Shown here: positions 41,703-55,855 of the stretch, piece by piece
How positions within the stretch are numbered: the first letter of the stretch is position 1
Layout: each line of letters starts with the position of its first letter
Source of the DNA: Octopus sinensis
Taxonomy: Eukaryota
Length of the DNA stretch: 64,000 nt
Assembly: GCF_006345805.1 (NCBI RefSeq)
Contig: NC_043005.1
Span: 61,690,001-61,754,000, forward strand
Direction: 5' to 3'
Made by a program: the position numbers and the translations under genes
Notes under the pieces: generated by a model
Told to the model about the DNA's origin: nothing
What the model saw: the letters and a program-made list of their open reading frames with translations, nothing else
Databases searched by the model: none

Positions 41703-41800
<98 letters not shown>

Positions 41801-41962
41801 GAGGAGCTTCTTTCTGTTTCCGTCTACCAATTCCACTCACAAGGCTTTGGTCAGCCCGAGGCTATAGTAGAAGACACTTGCCTAAGGTGCCACGCAGTGG
41901 GTCTGAACCCGGAACCATGTGGTTGGTGTTGTGAAGCAAGCTTCTTACCACACAGCCACGTC
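41265..41962 (-). mobile_element. SINE family C split by microsatellite expansion and a secondary insertion
   Basis: Tail at 41265-41480; head at 41800-41962. Confidence 0.75.
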
Positions 41963-42548
41963 TGTGCATTTTCTGTAAGTTACGTTGCCTCAATAAACAC
42001 GACATATCTAAAAAAAAAAAACAACATGACATTCCTCAACAAAAGATTGCTATATAAAACTGCTTTCAGCAATTATGGGAAATGACATTTTGAGTGGATT
42101 TAATTGCTGCAATAAAATACTGAAAGATAACATGGCGGTGAAATGACTTCAATGTTCGAACATAAGACAAAATGCCTTACAAATCACTGCATATGAAGCA
42201 CAAATCCCGCTGAGGCTAAATTTGACATACAACCTTTCAGAAGCGGTAATCTAAAATACCAGTACAAAGTGGTACCTCAGCGCTGTGTGTGCGTACCTCC
42301 ATGTGTGTATTGGCCCTCTGTCACTTTTGTTGATGTGGGTTCAGTTGTTCGATCAACTCAATTACCCGCTCGTCTTAATTGGCATATAGGATGAGTGTAA
42401 CATAGGATGCAACAAGGTTGTTGCCAACTCAAGTCGCAAAATGTGGATCGACCTGAGGAACACGAGGTTGCGAGTCGAACTCCTTCAACATTTAGCGCTA
42501 ATGCGCTTCTTTAGTACACACACACACACATACATGTATATGTATGTA

Positions 42549-42595
<47 letters not shown>

Positions 42596-42619
42596 ATACA
42601 TATGTGTATGTGTGCGTGT

Positions 42620-42957
42620 GAAGGCACGTGGATCAGTGGTTAGAGCGTGAGGTTCACAATCATGAGGCAAGTTCGATTCTCGGCCCGAGTTGTATGTTGT
42701 GCTCTTGATCAAGACAAATTATTTCATGTTGCTCCATTTCACTCAGCTGTAGAAATTAGTTGCGATGTCACTGGTGCCAAGCTGTATAGGTCATTGCCTT
42801 CCCATTGGATAACATCGGTGGCGTAAAGAGGGTAGGTTGGTATGCATGGGTGACAGCTGGTCATCTGTAAACAACCTTGCCCTGACTTGTGCTACGTAGG
42901 TTAACTTTCTAGGTGTTTTCCCATAGTTATTCATGACCGAGGGGGTTCTTTGTCCTT

Positions 42958-42958
<1 letters not shown>
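42620..42958 (+). mobile_element. SINE family E (tRNA-derived); reverse copy at about 56740-57095
   Basis: A/B-box-like head; mutual homology between the two copies. Confidence 0.7.
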
Positions 42959-42988
<30 letters not shown>

Positions 42989-43169
42989 CCTTTAAAATGT
43001 TTCAGCCCGAAGGCTGCGGCCATATGCATATTTTTATAATTCCAAGCGGTATATAACTGGTCAGAATATTACCGACAGTTTCACGCTTAGTAATACTGCA
43101 TTCAAGATTATTGACGACTCTTCAGACATGTTAAGGACCGCATCATTTATATGTCTAGTTCTGACACCC

Positions 43170-43760
43170 AGCAGAGAAACGACCACCAGAAATTCTACTG
43201 GTGTGCCCCAATGTAAAAATCTCTGTGGGAAGTGACTTCCTTAGAAAAGTGCATAAGCATTTTACACATGACCACACGTATGGGAAATTATTAAATAGGC
43301 ATAATTTAAGGGTGTTGTTCAGCTATGCACCTGAAATCAAAAAAGATATCAAAGGACATTCTAAGGCTCGGCGCTGAGGCAGGATGCTCATGTAAGGTTA
43401 ATAGTCTGTATCCAGTAAATGGTTAATGCAACGCAGGGTCTGTGTTCAATGAAGCAGAAGTGGTGTCGCCAAAAACAACAGAGGGACACACCCACAGAAA
43501 TATGTTGATGTAACAAAGAGGTCTGACTAAATAATCACAAATCCGTTTTTTAGAATCGAAAAGAGGCGCCATGTTACAACGTTTTCCATCTATATGTGGT
43601 GATTAAAAGAGGAAGTAACGAACTATAAAATTTATAGGATACTGCTAGAACTACTTGGACCATTAAAAAATATCCACACGATTCGAATACATTACTGAAC
43701 TCAAACTCAAAAAGCAAAATATTTCGTTGCTGCCTTCATGAACGGAAATACGTTTTGGTA
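43170..43760 (+). pseudogene. Decayed second PLE (thumb, linker and GIY-YIG remnant)
   Basis: GSDFLRKVHKHFTHDHTYGKLLNRHNLRVLFSYAP; GCSCK...PVNG*C; KYVDVT; NNHKS..RIEKRRHVTTFSIYMW*LKE; SKIFRCCLHERKY; colinear with the 12910 ORF. Confidence 0.8.
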
Positions 43761-43815
43761 ACGTCGTCGTCCCTATTTTCAGAGTATCGAACGAAAGATA
43801 TGTACACACATAGGT

Positions 43816-44267
43816 CTATATAAAAATCCTCACCCGGGAACAAAAAAAATTAACCAGCCTGGTGTTTGTTAACAAGTATGTGGAAAACGAATGTGAAAAA
43901 AAAATGCGCCCTGACGACCCTGGGGGTGGGGAGGCGACTTTCGGAAAATTCACAAGATCCGATTTTTCCGTCATAACTTCCGGTAAAATGGATATATATT
44001 GATCTTTTTTACGGATGTCCACGTTTGTGGTTACGGAGGATCCGATTCTGAAAAAAAAAAATTTTCAAAAAGTTGTATTTTCAAAAGTTCAATTACCCCC
44101 TCGCCCCTTCCTTATTTTCCCCTTTTCCTGGAATTTTTTTTTTTTTTTTGCGAAATACGTAGAAAAATACGATGATTACGATTCTGAAAAAAATTGGTTT
44201 GTAAAAATTCAATTTTTCAAAAAAAAAACACACACACACATATATATATCCTCCGGCCTTTTACTAG
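43816..44267 (+). mobile_element. Helitron-like non-autonomous element; related inverted copy at about 45150-45350
   Basis: Starts TCTATATAAAAA and ends ...ttttACTAG; ~200 bp of homology in opposite orientation at 45165-45348. Confidence 0.5.
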
Positions 44268-44647
44268 AACGCATACAGAAACACAAAACAACTGTTCATT
44301 TTCACATTCAGACGACGGGATGGATGGGGGGATTTTGGGTCGGAGTTTTTCATTAAAATTTCGAAATTAAAATTTGAATTTGTATTTATTTTTTCCATAT
44401 TCTTAATCTCCATATTTTCCCACGTAGATTGATGGAAAAAAAATTCGAAAAAGTTTAAAAAAGAAAGTTTGAAAAAAAAAAGAGCACTTTAATTTTACAT
44501 GAAATACTTCTGCATATTACTGCGGGAAATTACTTTGAAAGAAATCTTTGCAGAAAGGTGAGTAGATTAATTGCATTATGTTATCGCAGTTTTGTGAGAA
44601 ATTGGCTGTTATTTCTAGCATGTGGATAGCCTGCTTGAAGGCCTAAG

Positions 44648-44708
<61 letters not shown>

Positions 44709-44714
44709 GTATAT

Positions 44715-44914
44715 ATTTATTATATAGAAGGAGCTTCTACAGGACTAGAACTGTTTCATTCAAGAGAAATCTTCAGGAAGCTCCTGAAGATTTCTCTTGA
44801 ATGAAACAGTTCTAGTCCTGTAGAAGCTCCTTCTATATAATAAATTAATTTTACTCTGCTATGTATTGAGTACCTTATTTACTGTGGTTAACCCCGAATC
44901 AACCCGGGACCTAC
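44715..44914. mobile_element. Head-to-head inverted HHR element (perfect 64-bp arms plus 3' tail) in (TA)n
   Basis: 44715-44778 is the exact reverse complement of 44782-44845; loop AGC. Confidence 0.9.
44729..44785 (-). ncRNA. Type I hammerhead ribozyme
   Basis: Minus strand: AGGAGCTTC CTGAAGA tttc-tctt-gaat GAAA CAG-ttctagtc-CTG TA GAAGCTCCT; 9-bp stem I. Confidence 0.85.
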
Positions 44915-44917
44915 ATA

Positions 44918-45134
<217 letters not shown>

Positions 45135-45466
45135 GTATATATGGAAAAGCTGAAATTTTGCAAACCAAAACCAAAAACGTAGGATTCCGTAAAAAAGATC
45201 AATATATATCCATTTTACCGGAGGTTATGACGGAAAAGTTGGATCTTGTGAATTTTCCGAAAGTCCCATCCCCACCCACCTCAGGGTCGTCATATTCGTT
45301 TTGCACATACTTGTTAACACCCCCGGTAAATTTTTTTTTTGTTCCCGCTAATATCCTTTGGCCCCACCTGATATCGATCCCTGGAAGCAACTCCTTCCCT
45401 CAAAATGTTATAACTTTTGACCACATTTTCAATCCGGTTCCTTTTACCATTAGCGAAACGAACCAG

Positions 45467-45558
<92 letters not shown>

Positions 45559-45607
45559 CCATGATAGCTCGCTAGCCACTACACATTCTTTATTTTCTCT
45601 CCTTGTT

Positions 45608-45645
45608 TCTTTCTGTGGAAGAGCATAGGCTCGAAACGTTAAAGA
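45608..45645 (+). ncRNA. Minimal hammerhead-like motif with variant core (CTGTGGA)
   Basis: TCTTT CTGTGGA a GAGC-atag-GCTC GAAA CG TT AAAGA. Confidence 0.6.
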
Positions 45646-46008
45646 CTTTTTCACTTCCTGAACGTTAAACTAATACATCTGTTTATTGTCTACACCACCT
45701 GTCTTCGTCTTTTTGTGTGTGAATTCTCCCTATATATACATATAGACACCCTCAGCAGACTACCGGTAACCTTCTGACCATTTATATGCTGTGACCAGAA
45801 ATATACTGTTCGACAATATATAAATATAACTGCCGTATTTCTCTTTTAAAGTGTTTGTTTTTTTCTTTTCTGACTTGTGTTCAATTTACTGATAACATAA
45901 GCTTATACTTTTAGCCATTTCATATATTCTCTCTCTCCCTCTGTCTCTCTGTCTGTCTGTCTCTCTCTCTCTCACACACCCATGCGCATATATATGCACA
46001 TATTTAGC

Positions 46009-46039
<31 letters not shown>

Positions 46040-46336
46040 ATATCAAAAATGTGTGTGTATGTGTGCAAACATATGTATATAGCTATCTATATGCATATAT
46101 ATATATTATATATATATATAAATACCTATATATTTTCGCACTCATATATACATTATTTATTCATCTATCAGAAACGCACATCACATACACACACACACAC
46201 TTGTACAAACAGGTTTAGATTTCTCTGATATACACAGAATTGTGTGATTAGGGATTCCAAAATTCATGAAAGAACTCAAAACGTTTGGAATAAAGTATGT
46301 TTTCTCTGTAATGTATGATGTGTGTGTGTGTGTGTG

Positions 46337-46370
<34 letters not shown>

Positions 46371-46821
46371 TTATGTTTCCATATGTGTGTGTGTACGTAG
46401 GTCTTTTACATTTGCAAATAAATGATTATACATATATACATGAGTATGAATTTTAGTATGTACAATTCTGCATATACAAATGTATATCATATTAAATATT
46501 GTGTCTGTTATATAGATGTATTTACATACATGTACATATATTAAATATACACATAGTCACGTGTGAGTCTTTTCTGAGTAAATGTGTTTGTGTGTATGTG
46601 TGTGTAATCACAGATATGATATCTGGGGAGTTTTATGTCGTTGATTTTTTTTCTTTCGTTTTTTTTTTTTTGTTCTGTGTGCGTCTTTTGCTGTATATTT
46701 CTGTATATGCACATATGCACAAGATCAAAACATCACTGTCATTCGGAGAGAAATATATAAATATAAACATGAAAACATGTACTGATATCTTTATATTTAC
46801 ACACACACACACACACACACA

Positions 46822-46896
<75 letters not shown>

Positions 46897-46996
46897 CACA
46901 TACATACATAGATATAGATATGTGTGTGTATGTATGTGTATAGATATACGATATATAGATATAAATATAATGTATGAATAAATAAATACATACATG

Positions 46997-47043
<47 letters not shown>

Positions 47044-48154
47044 TATATATACGTGTGTGTGTGTGGTGTGCAGTAATAGAAAAATGGTAATAGGAGATAG
47101 TCTTACGTTCCACTGAGATCTAAGAGAGTAAAGGGTTTCCTAGAAACCAATAGAATTTGGTAAGAATTACTCATGCACATATTCAAACAGGTTAAGTTCT
47201 CTTTGAGAGACATATCCCAATAGAAAATGGGGGAAAAAATAAAATAAAAGAAATAAAGTGATCAAAAAGTTTTTTCTATAATATCTTCAGTTAATATTTT
47301 CCACACAGGAAGGATGTCCGCCTTTGCTCTTCCACTCAGCAGTAGTGTAATGAGAAACACGTAGTTATTTATAATTTTTTTTTTTTTTTTGATATTTTTG
47401 CATTTGACTTATTTATATATCTGCATTTATGACTGTAGAGTTCGGTTGGCAGAATTACTAAAGCCTCAGGTAGACACTTTGCAATAATAGTTCTAGTTAT
47501 TTTTAAGTTCAAATCCTACTGATGGTAACTTTACCTTTCATCCTTCTGGGTTCGATTAATAAAGTACCAATCAAGAAACACATTTAATTTCTCAGCTATA
47601 CTGTCCTGTGGGAGTCATTATGCTACAATCTCTTCTCATCCAACATTTTCTATATTAAACCAGGCGATGTGCTAAGACTACCGCAAAAGAACATGTTTAC
47701 ACAGTTCTTTCGACCCATTATCATACGCAAGTCTATGGTAAAAGATATTTGCTAACAGTGCCACACTAGATTATGATATAGAAACATTCAATTATAAAAT
47801 CTAATGCCTTAGCCAGACAACCATTATAAATAGTAGACAAATCTTTATAAAATCAGATTCTACCATCATCATTTAACGTTGTATTCCATGCTAGAGTAGG
47901 TTAGACAGTTTGAATTGAGTGAGTCACAAGATTGTATCAAGCCTCATGTCAGCTTTGGCATAGTTTCTATGGCTGGTTTCCCTTCTTAACACCAACCACT
48001 TTACGGAATGTACTGGATGCTTTTCACATGGCATAGCAGTGCTGAGGTCACCAAGTAACTTGCAGGATAAGACACCAAGTAACTTGCCAGAGGAGCAGTA
48101 TTGAGGAACAAAAAAAGTGTCTTCCATTAAAGGAGATGCGTAGCTACCTATGGA

Positions 48155-48450
48155 GGCGGTTAAGGTATTTGCCAGGCGCTTGTCCAAACGGTTCTCTTCT
48201 ATGGTTGTGAGACCAGCGCGTTGCCGATCTCCAGAAGCTGGAGGTCTTCGATTGCTTCTGTATTCGTCGTCTACTCCGACTGCGCTCTACCACCTCTTGA
48301 TGGAACTCTTCTAACCAGGAGACTACAGTGGTTTGGTCATGCGTTGACGAACGCGTCCGGAAGACAATAGCACCAGATCCTCCCACCAGGTTGGCGTAAG
48401 TGGAGCGGTAGTCAGCTGAAGACGTGGCTCACAACAGTTAAAGCAGGTAT
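48155..48450 (+). mobile_element. RTE-type LINE 3' fragment
   Basis: QALVQTVLFYGCET...VADLQKLEVFDCFCIRRLLRL...RRLQWFGHAL...PPGWRK..GSQLKTWLTTVK. Confidence 0.8.
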
Positions 48451-48729
48451 AGAGTTCGTTTCCGGCTCTCAGGGTGACCAATACTTGTGAGGGAAATCTG
48501 ATTAACAGAAATTGTTCAGTTGTCCATTGTGTGACTGTATATATGTGTGTGTGTGCGTGTGATGCGTGCATGCATGCATGGCCGTATGGTTCAGCAGTTC
48601 AGTTCACAACTCCAGGGTTTCCAGTTCAGTACTGTTGCAGGACTAAGGGACAAATGTTCTCTACGATAGCCCCAGGCAACCAATGCCTTATAAGTGAATT
48701 TGATAGATAGAAACTGTGCAGAAGCCCAT

Positions 48730-48765
<36 letters not shown>

Positions 48766-49309
48766 AGATTACTGTATGTGTGTGTGTGTTTGTGTGTGCA
48801 GGCATGTTTATACACTTTTGTATTTCTTTCTCTCCGCTTGAAAACCAGTGTAGGTTTGTCTACATTCCCGTATCTTGACAATTCGATAAAAATTACATCA
48901 TAAGATTAAGCTGTGGACTTAAAATAAATACTGAGATCAACATGATTAACTAAGTTCAATTCTCCAGTGTTGCACTCCAGCATGGCCATAGTTCAATGAC
49001 TAAAACAAGTACATATAAAACAAAAAGGCCGTTGTAGTGCTATACACTATGACATACATGCATAACGTGATGTAACATATCATATTTGCATCTTTCAAAC
49101 AAATCAACATTGGCTGTAAACATCAGCGAAAATCTAATGATTTCCAATGAAGTTCACTGAACTACAAGTGCTCTCTTATCACTTTCACCTTCAGAAATGC
49201 AGTGAACTAGTAGTGGTTGGCCAACTTGAAACCTGTAAGCAATGACACTGTTGTTCACAAATAGAAATATTTGATAGTGAGATGAAACAAAGGCAGAGAG
49301 AGAGGGGGG

Positions 49310-49340
<31 letters not shown>

Positions 49341-49844
49341 TGTTGTTGTTGTTTTGGTGGTGGTGAATTGAAAGGTGTACTCAAACTGAAATATATATTG
49401 GCTCTGATCCATTGTCTTGGCTTATATGTTATCAACAATGTAGTTTTCAGAGTATGCCACGTTGCATTAAAATTTTACTCCCAAGAAATTTTACATCTAA
49501 AATAATTTTTTTTTTTACTATAAATTTTTTGTTTTCTAGGTATGAAATTGTGAACATGTAAATATTAAAATGTAATTTTTTTTTTGTTGTTGTTGAAGAG
49601 GAAAATGGAAAAGTAAGAGTGAATATTTATTCTATGAGTACTGTGCATTAACTCTATAAAATTGTGCATAAAGTATATGAAATGTATATATAAAGTGAAT
49701 TAAGTAATCGCCGCATTTGAATTTCCTTTACTTTTCAATGAATAGTACATGAGCGACTATCTTTTGATACGGACACAACACAGGCTATACTTACAGGTTT
49801 TTCGGATAAAGTTTTCAGAAATAACCCAATAAGTCTACTATTAA

Positions 49845-49873
49845 GCCCGTGAAATATTCACGGGTCCTGCTAG
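49845..49873 (+). mobile_element. Helitron-like 3' terminus
   Basis: CCCGTGAA-ata-TTCACGGG hairpin followed by CTAG|T. Confidence 0.55.
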
Positions 49874-52247
49874 TCTAAATACATACATAAATAAACGAAC
49901 AAGAATCAGTAGTTTTTTTTCTACTGTATCCAACTAACTAGAAATAACAATTAATGTTATGAAGCTGATTCATTAGCTCAGTGATGTATAATGAAGTATA
50001 TCTCTTGGTGATTAATTTCTTATTCCTGAGGAGTAAACTTTGAACTGTGATCTTGGCTGCACTAAAGCAAAATGAGACTATTTTTTGGTCAAATAGGGCA
50101 GCTTCACTTGTTAAATGCATATATGATGCTGCTTTTTTAATAACTTTTATTCATTCCACTTGTTTCAGTCATTTGACAATGTTCATGCTGGGATACAACC
50201 TTGAAGGGTCAAACAAATCAACTCCAGAATTTACTTGATGTTAAGCCTAGTATGTATTCTTTCGAATCTTTTGCTGAACTGCTAAGTTGCAGGGACATAA
50301 ACACAGCAATGTCAGTTGCCAAGTAGTGGTGGTAGTGGTGGAGGGATATACAGAGACACACAGACTTCTTTCAGTTTCTGTCAACTAAATCCACTCAGAA
50401 GGCTTTGGTTGGTCTGCGGATATGACTTGCAGTGGAACTGAACCTGGAACTATATCACTGGAAAGCAAACATCTAACCACACAGCCACACTTGCACCTAT
50501 ATAGAGAAAGGTTTTAAGAATAAAATTTATTCCAGAACAAAAAATTCACAGTTGCACACAGACATGTGTTTGTATATCTTTCTGTGTACATGTGAATGTC
50601 TATGTACACATGTATGTGTGTGTGTGTGTGTGTGTATATACGTGCTTCCATTATGGCTATTATCTTTTTGTCTGGTTTCAATGACCATGCTGGCTGGGTG
50701 ACTTAACTTTCTTACTGTAACTTCCTGAGGAATAGTTTTTCATCCAGATATGATGTTTATATATATATTTTTAATATTTAGTATTTTAACTTTTTACAGT
50801 TTTCTTGCAATATATTTTTCCATTTCATTTTGACTCATGTACCAGTTATGTTGGTATGTTTCTATGTAGCATTGAAATTCTTGTATTTGAAGCTCTAGAT
50901 ACCAGCAACTAGACTGGCTGGTATTGTCTTTGGATATCTTCATGGCTTCAACACCAGGCAGCTACAGTAGAAATATCACATATATATATATATATACACA
51001 CACAAATATATATATATAAATATATATATACACACACAAATATATATAAATATATATGTATATATAAATATATATATATATACACAAATATATATATATA
51101 TACATATATACAAATATATATATATACACACACTTATCCCAGGTTAAGCTTCAGTAATGGTCTGTCTATATACACACATATATATATATATATACATATA
51201 TATGTAATGTTTCATATTTTTCTTCTTTCGTAGTTGTCTTCTAATACTGCTAATACTACTTTGACATTTTCAACCGTTACCCCTACCACATCTACCTGAG
51301 GTTGGTTATTGCCCCTCTCAACACACACAACTATATAAACACATATTTGAAAAATTTATGAGTCTACATTTGTCTTCCTTCTCTCTCTTAGCTTTTCATT
51401 TCTCAATCAAACTCACTTCTTAGTTTCTCTATTTTTTTCTTTTTTGTTTTTTTTTCGTAATTCTGCAAGTTTTACTTTCATAGATGACGTTAGACCCAAC
51501 ATGATACAAAAATGGAGATACTTGGAAAAGTTCCATCAAAAACTGGCACGAATATCGAAACAACTCAGATTCTTCTATAGATGAGATCTAAAGCTGGTTC
51601 CACCTGGTTTAACTTTCAAATCGCTAGTCGATTCCAGAGAGGAGCATGACGGGTGTCAGAAAAAGTAATCATAATCACAGGCTAAAATGACAGGTACAAA
51701 ATGAACTCCTCAAATAACTTTCAACAGGGATGAGAAACAGAATCCAACAACAATAATCAACATCATCATCGTTTTTACATCCACTTTTCCTTGCATGCAT
51801 GGATCAGGCAGAATCTTCTTGAGGTAGAGTTTTTTTTACAGTTGGATGCCCTTCCTGTTGCCAACCCTCACCTACTTCCATTTAAAGCAATATTTCCCCA
51901 TAAACAAAAAAGACGTTTCCATAGAACATTGCATGGCGGTGACATTCATTTACCACTATCACATGATGTCAAGGTAAGAGATAGACACACATACATACAC
52001 ACAATGTGTGTGTATGTGTGTCTGGGTTTCACAGCAGAAGACACTTGCCCAAGGTGCCACACAGAGGAATTGAACCCAAAACCATATGCTTAGGAAGTGA
52101 ATTTCTTACCACACAGCCATGCCAGGGCCAATATTTGGATAAAGGTTTTATTAGATCAAAGCATGTCAAATATGAAAAATAGAGTACTTGAAAGATTGTA
52201 GTACAGAGTACATTAAGGATCAGTAAACACCAAGTACCTCTGAGTAT

Positions 52248-52870
52248 CGTATTCTTTTACTTATTTCAGTCATTTGACTACAGCCAGAGGTTTTAATCAA
52301 AGAAATCAACCCCAGAAGGGTTGATTTCTTTGAAGCTGGCAGAAACGTTAGCACGTCGGGTGAAATGCTTAGCAGTATTTCGTCTGCCATTACGTTCTGA
52401 GTTCAAATTCCGCCTTTGCCTTTCATCCTTTCGGGGTCGATAAATTAAGTACCAGTTAAGCACTGAGGTTGATGTAATCGACTTAATCCCTTTGTCTGTC
52501 CTTGTTTGTCCTCTCTATGTTTAGCCCCTTGTGAGCAATAAAGAAATAAGAAATCAACCCCAGACTTCATTCTTTGAAAGCTTAGTACTTATTCTATTGA
52601 TTACTTTTGGAGAACTGCTAAGTTATGGGGGATATAAACACATCAGTTGTCAAGCAATGGTGTGGGGACACACATAAATATAACTAAATATATATATATA
52701 TACATATACGATGGGCTTCTTTCAGTTTCCGTCTATCAAATCCACTCACAAGGTTTTGGTTGGCTCAAGGCTATAGCAGGAGACACTTCCCCAAGGTGCC
52801 ATGCAGTGGGACTGAACCTGGAACTATGTGGTTGAGAAACAAGCTTCTTACCACACAGCTGTGCTGTGCC
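52248..52870 (-). mobile_element. SINE family C containing a nested + strand SINE A (52334-52547)
   Basis: TSD aagaaatcaaccccaga at 52300-52316 and 52548-52564. Confidence 0.85.
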
Positions 52871-53889
52871 TAAAATATATTTATTTTTTTCATGCTAAAG
52901 GCTGACATGATTTTGAGGTTTTGACACTGACCCCTTCATAAGATAGTTTGATTGTCTACTTAGCTAAAACACTGAAATTATTGTCACCTTTTCCTTGTAA
53001 AGAAAATATCTATGTTAGATGCAGTTGAAGCTTGATTCCAAACATTGTGATCTTGACTTCAGTCCCTCTGTGTGTCACCTCAACAAATAGCTTCTACTAT
53101 CGCCCCAGGCTGACCAAAGCCGTATGAGTGGATTTAGTAGATGGGAACTAAAAGCCCATTGTGTGTGTGTGTGTGTGCATGTGTAAATGTATGTGCATGT
53201 ACCTATGCATGTGTCATAGCATTTCTGTTGTTTGTCCCACCACCACTTGATAACCAGTGTTGGTTGGTTTACATCCCTGAGTAACTTAGTGGTTTGACAA
53301 AGAGACTGATAGAATGAGTACCAGACTTTAAAAAATAAGTACTGGGGGTGGGTGATCTGTTCATCTAAGCCCTTCAAGGCGGTGCCCCAGTATTTTAGTT
53401 TATAAAATATGTAAAATGGATTCTGGAGGACCCTGGAGGATGTTCAGCTTGATAATGTACCACACCCTATGGTCTATGTACTCATCTTCATCATCAGAGC
53501 TGTAAGCTTCATCTCCATCGCTATCAACTTCTACGCCTTTATGGTACAGTGTACTTTGAAGAGAAAATGTCAAAGGAGAGGTCACTTGTTAACCAGCACT
53601 AAGTTCAATTGAAGATGGTCCTGTTAAGTGTTGACCTGCTATTATTCTCTGAAGGGATAATTCCTCATCTATCAGGTTGGTAACAGGAACTTTGATCAAT
53701 TCGCTTTTCTGACAAGGATATGAAATATGTAGAATGGATTCTGGAGGACCCTGGGGGATGCTCAGCTTGATAATCTACCACAGCCTGTGGCCTATACTTT
53801 TTGCAAATAGTCTCTACACACCAAAAGTGAAGCAGCCAAGCTCCTGGTCTGACCTGATCCATTGAACTAAAATTTGAAACCAGATAAGG

Positions 53890-54912
53890 CAGCAAACTGG
53901 CAAAATCATTAGTACACAAGGCAAAATGCTTTGTTCTGAGTTCAAATGCCACTGAGGTTGACTTTGTCTTTCATTCTTTCAGGGTCAACGAAATAAATAC
54001 CTATTTCTTTACTACCCACAAGGGGCTAAACACAGAGAGGACAAACAAGGACAGACAAATGGATTAAGTCGATTGTATCGACCCCCATTGCGTAACTGGT
54101 ACTTATTTAATCGACCCCGAAAGGATGAAAGGCAAAGTCGACCTCGGCGGAATTTGAACTCACAACATAGTGGCAGACGAAATACCGCTAAGCATTTCGC
54201 CTGGCGTGCTAACGTTTCTGCCAGCACACCACCTTAAATGAAATAAATACCAGTTAATCACTGAGGTTGACATAATCAACTATCTCTTCCTCCCAAATTT
54301 CAAGCCTGGTGCCTACAAGAGAAAGGATCATTATTATTATTATCATAAGGCAGCAAGCTAGCTGGATTATTACTGCACCAAACAAGGGGCTTAGCAGCAG
54401 TTCGTCCATCTTTACATTCAAAGTTCAAATACTGCTGAGGTCGACACTACTTTTCATCTTTCAGGGTTCAATAAAATATGTACTAGTCAAATACTGGGGT
54501 TGAAGTAATGGACTTCCTCCACCCCTCAAAAACTGCTGGCCCTGAGCCAAAATTTGAAATTATTATTTCTAGCAGGTAAGGTAGCAAGCTGGCAGAATCG
54601 TTAATGTGCCAGTCAAGTATCAGTCAAGTACTAGGCTTGAAGTAATGGACTTCCCCGCTCCTCTCAAAGACTGCTGGCCCTAGATCATTCCTAATAGGTA
54701 AGACAAAAAATTAGCAGAATCGTTAAAACATCAGACAAAATGCTTAGCAGTATTTTCTCCATTGTTACATTCTGAATTCAAATACTACCGAGGTAGACTT
54801 TGCCTTTCATCCTTTCAAGGATTGAAAAAAATAAGTACCAGTCAAGTAGTGGGGTTGAAGTAATCAGCTTGCCCTTCTCAAAAGCTACCAAGCCTGTGCC
54901 AAAATTTGAAAC
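53890..54912. mobile_element. Cluster of tandem and nested SINE A copies (young minus-strand copy at about 53997-54235)
   Basis: Repeated cores. Confidence 0.8.
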
Positions 54913-55527
54913 TATTTCTAGCAGGTTGTATGGTCACATACAAGCTTCCCACGTTGGTTCAGTATAAATCCATATTGTTTTGTTTTATGAGACAGATCAA
55001 AGAGATGTGATTTGTCATAAAAATTTCCATCTCAAAATTTTTCTCCAATACATGATTTTCTAGTATTGTTTTGTAAATTCACGTCCGTCATTTATTTATG
55101 TTTATACTTTCACAGTTGATCTAGTTTTCTGTATTCCTTTGTTTTATTATCTCTTCTTCTCTCAGACAAATCAGAAAGCGTAATCAGTAGAATTGAAATT
55201 GATTTGATCAATTGAAGCATTCTTGGAAAATTAAGAATGGTGCAATGTAGCCAACATTTTATAGAAACTAGTTTGCCAAAGTAAAAAGAAAAAAAAAATT
55301 ATTAGAACAAAAGTTATAGCATAATTATGTAATACAGAAATGATTGTGATTTCTTTTGTATTTTTTTCTTTGCTTTCCATTTTTCTTAGAATCATATTAT
55401 TACAATTATTTATTTATTTATTTATTTCTAAATAATACAAATATAATTTTTATCTCTTTATTATGTTTCATAAATCTATTAATCAATGCATTCAATTTAT
55501 TACTTTTATGTTACATAGTTTATATAT

Positions 55528-55588
<61 letters not shown>

Positions 55589-55855
55589 GTGTGTGTGGTA
55601 CTTTTATAGATATTTTATTTTATATACTTTATGCAATCAGTCTCTAAACACCAAAAGAATTAGATTTTATTACAGACAATAACTATAACAATCATATTTT
55701 GGAAGTACATTCATTTTTTTTAATATCATTCATTTTGTTTTGTTTTCCTATTATTATTATTATTGGCAGATATGGCATTGCTCAGTCTCCAATGTCAGCA
55801 AAAAAAAATAAACGAGAAAATAAACAAAACACTTGTCTTCTTGTTTTGATGGTGC

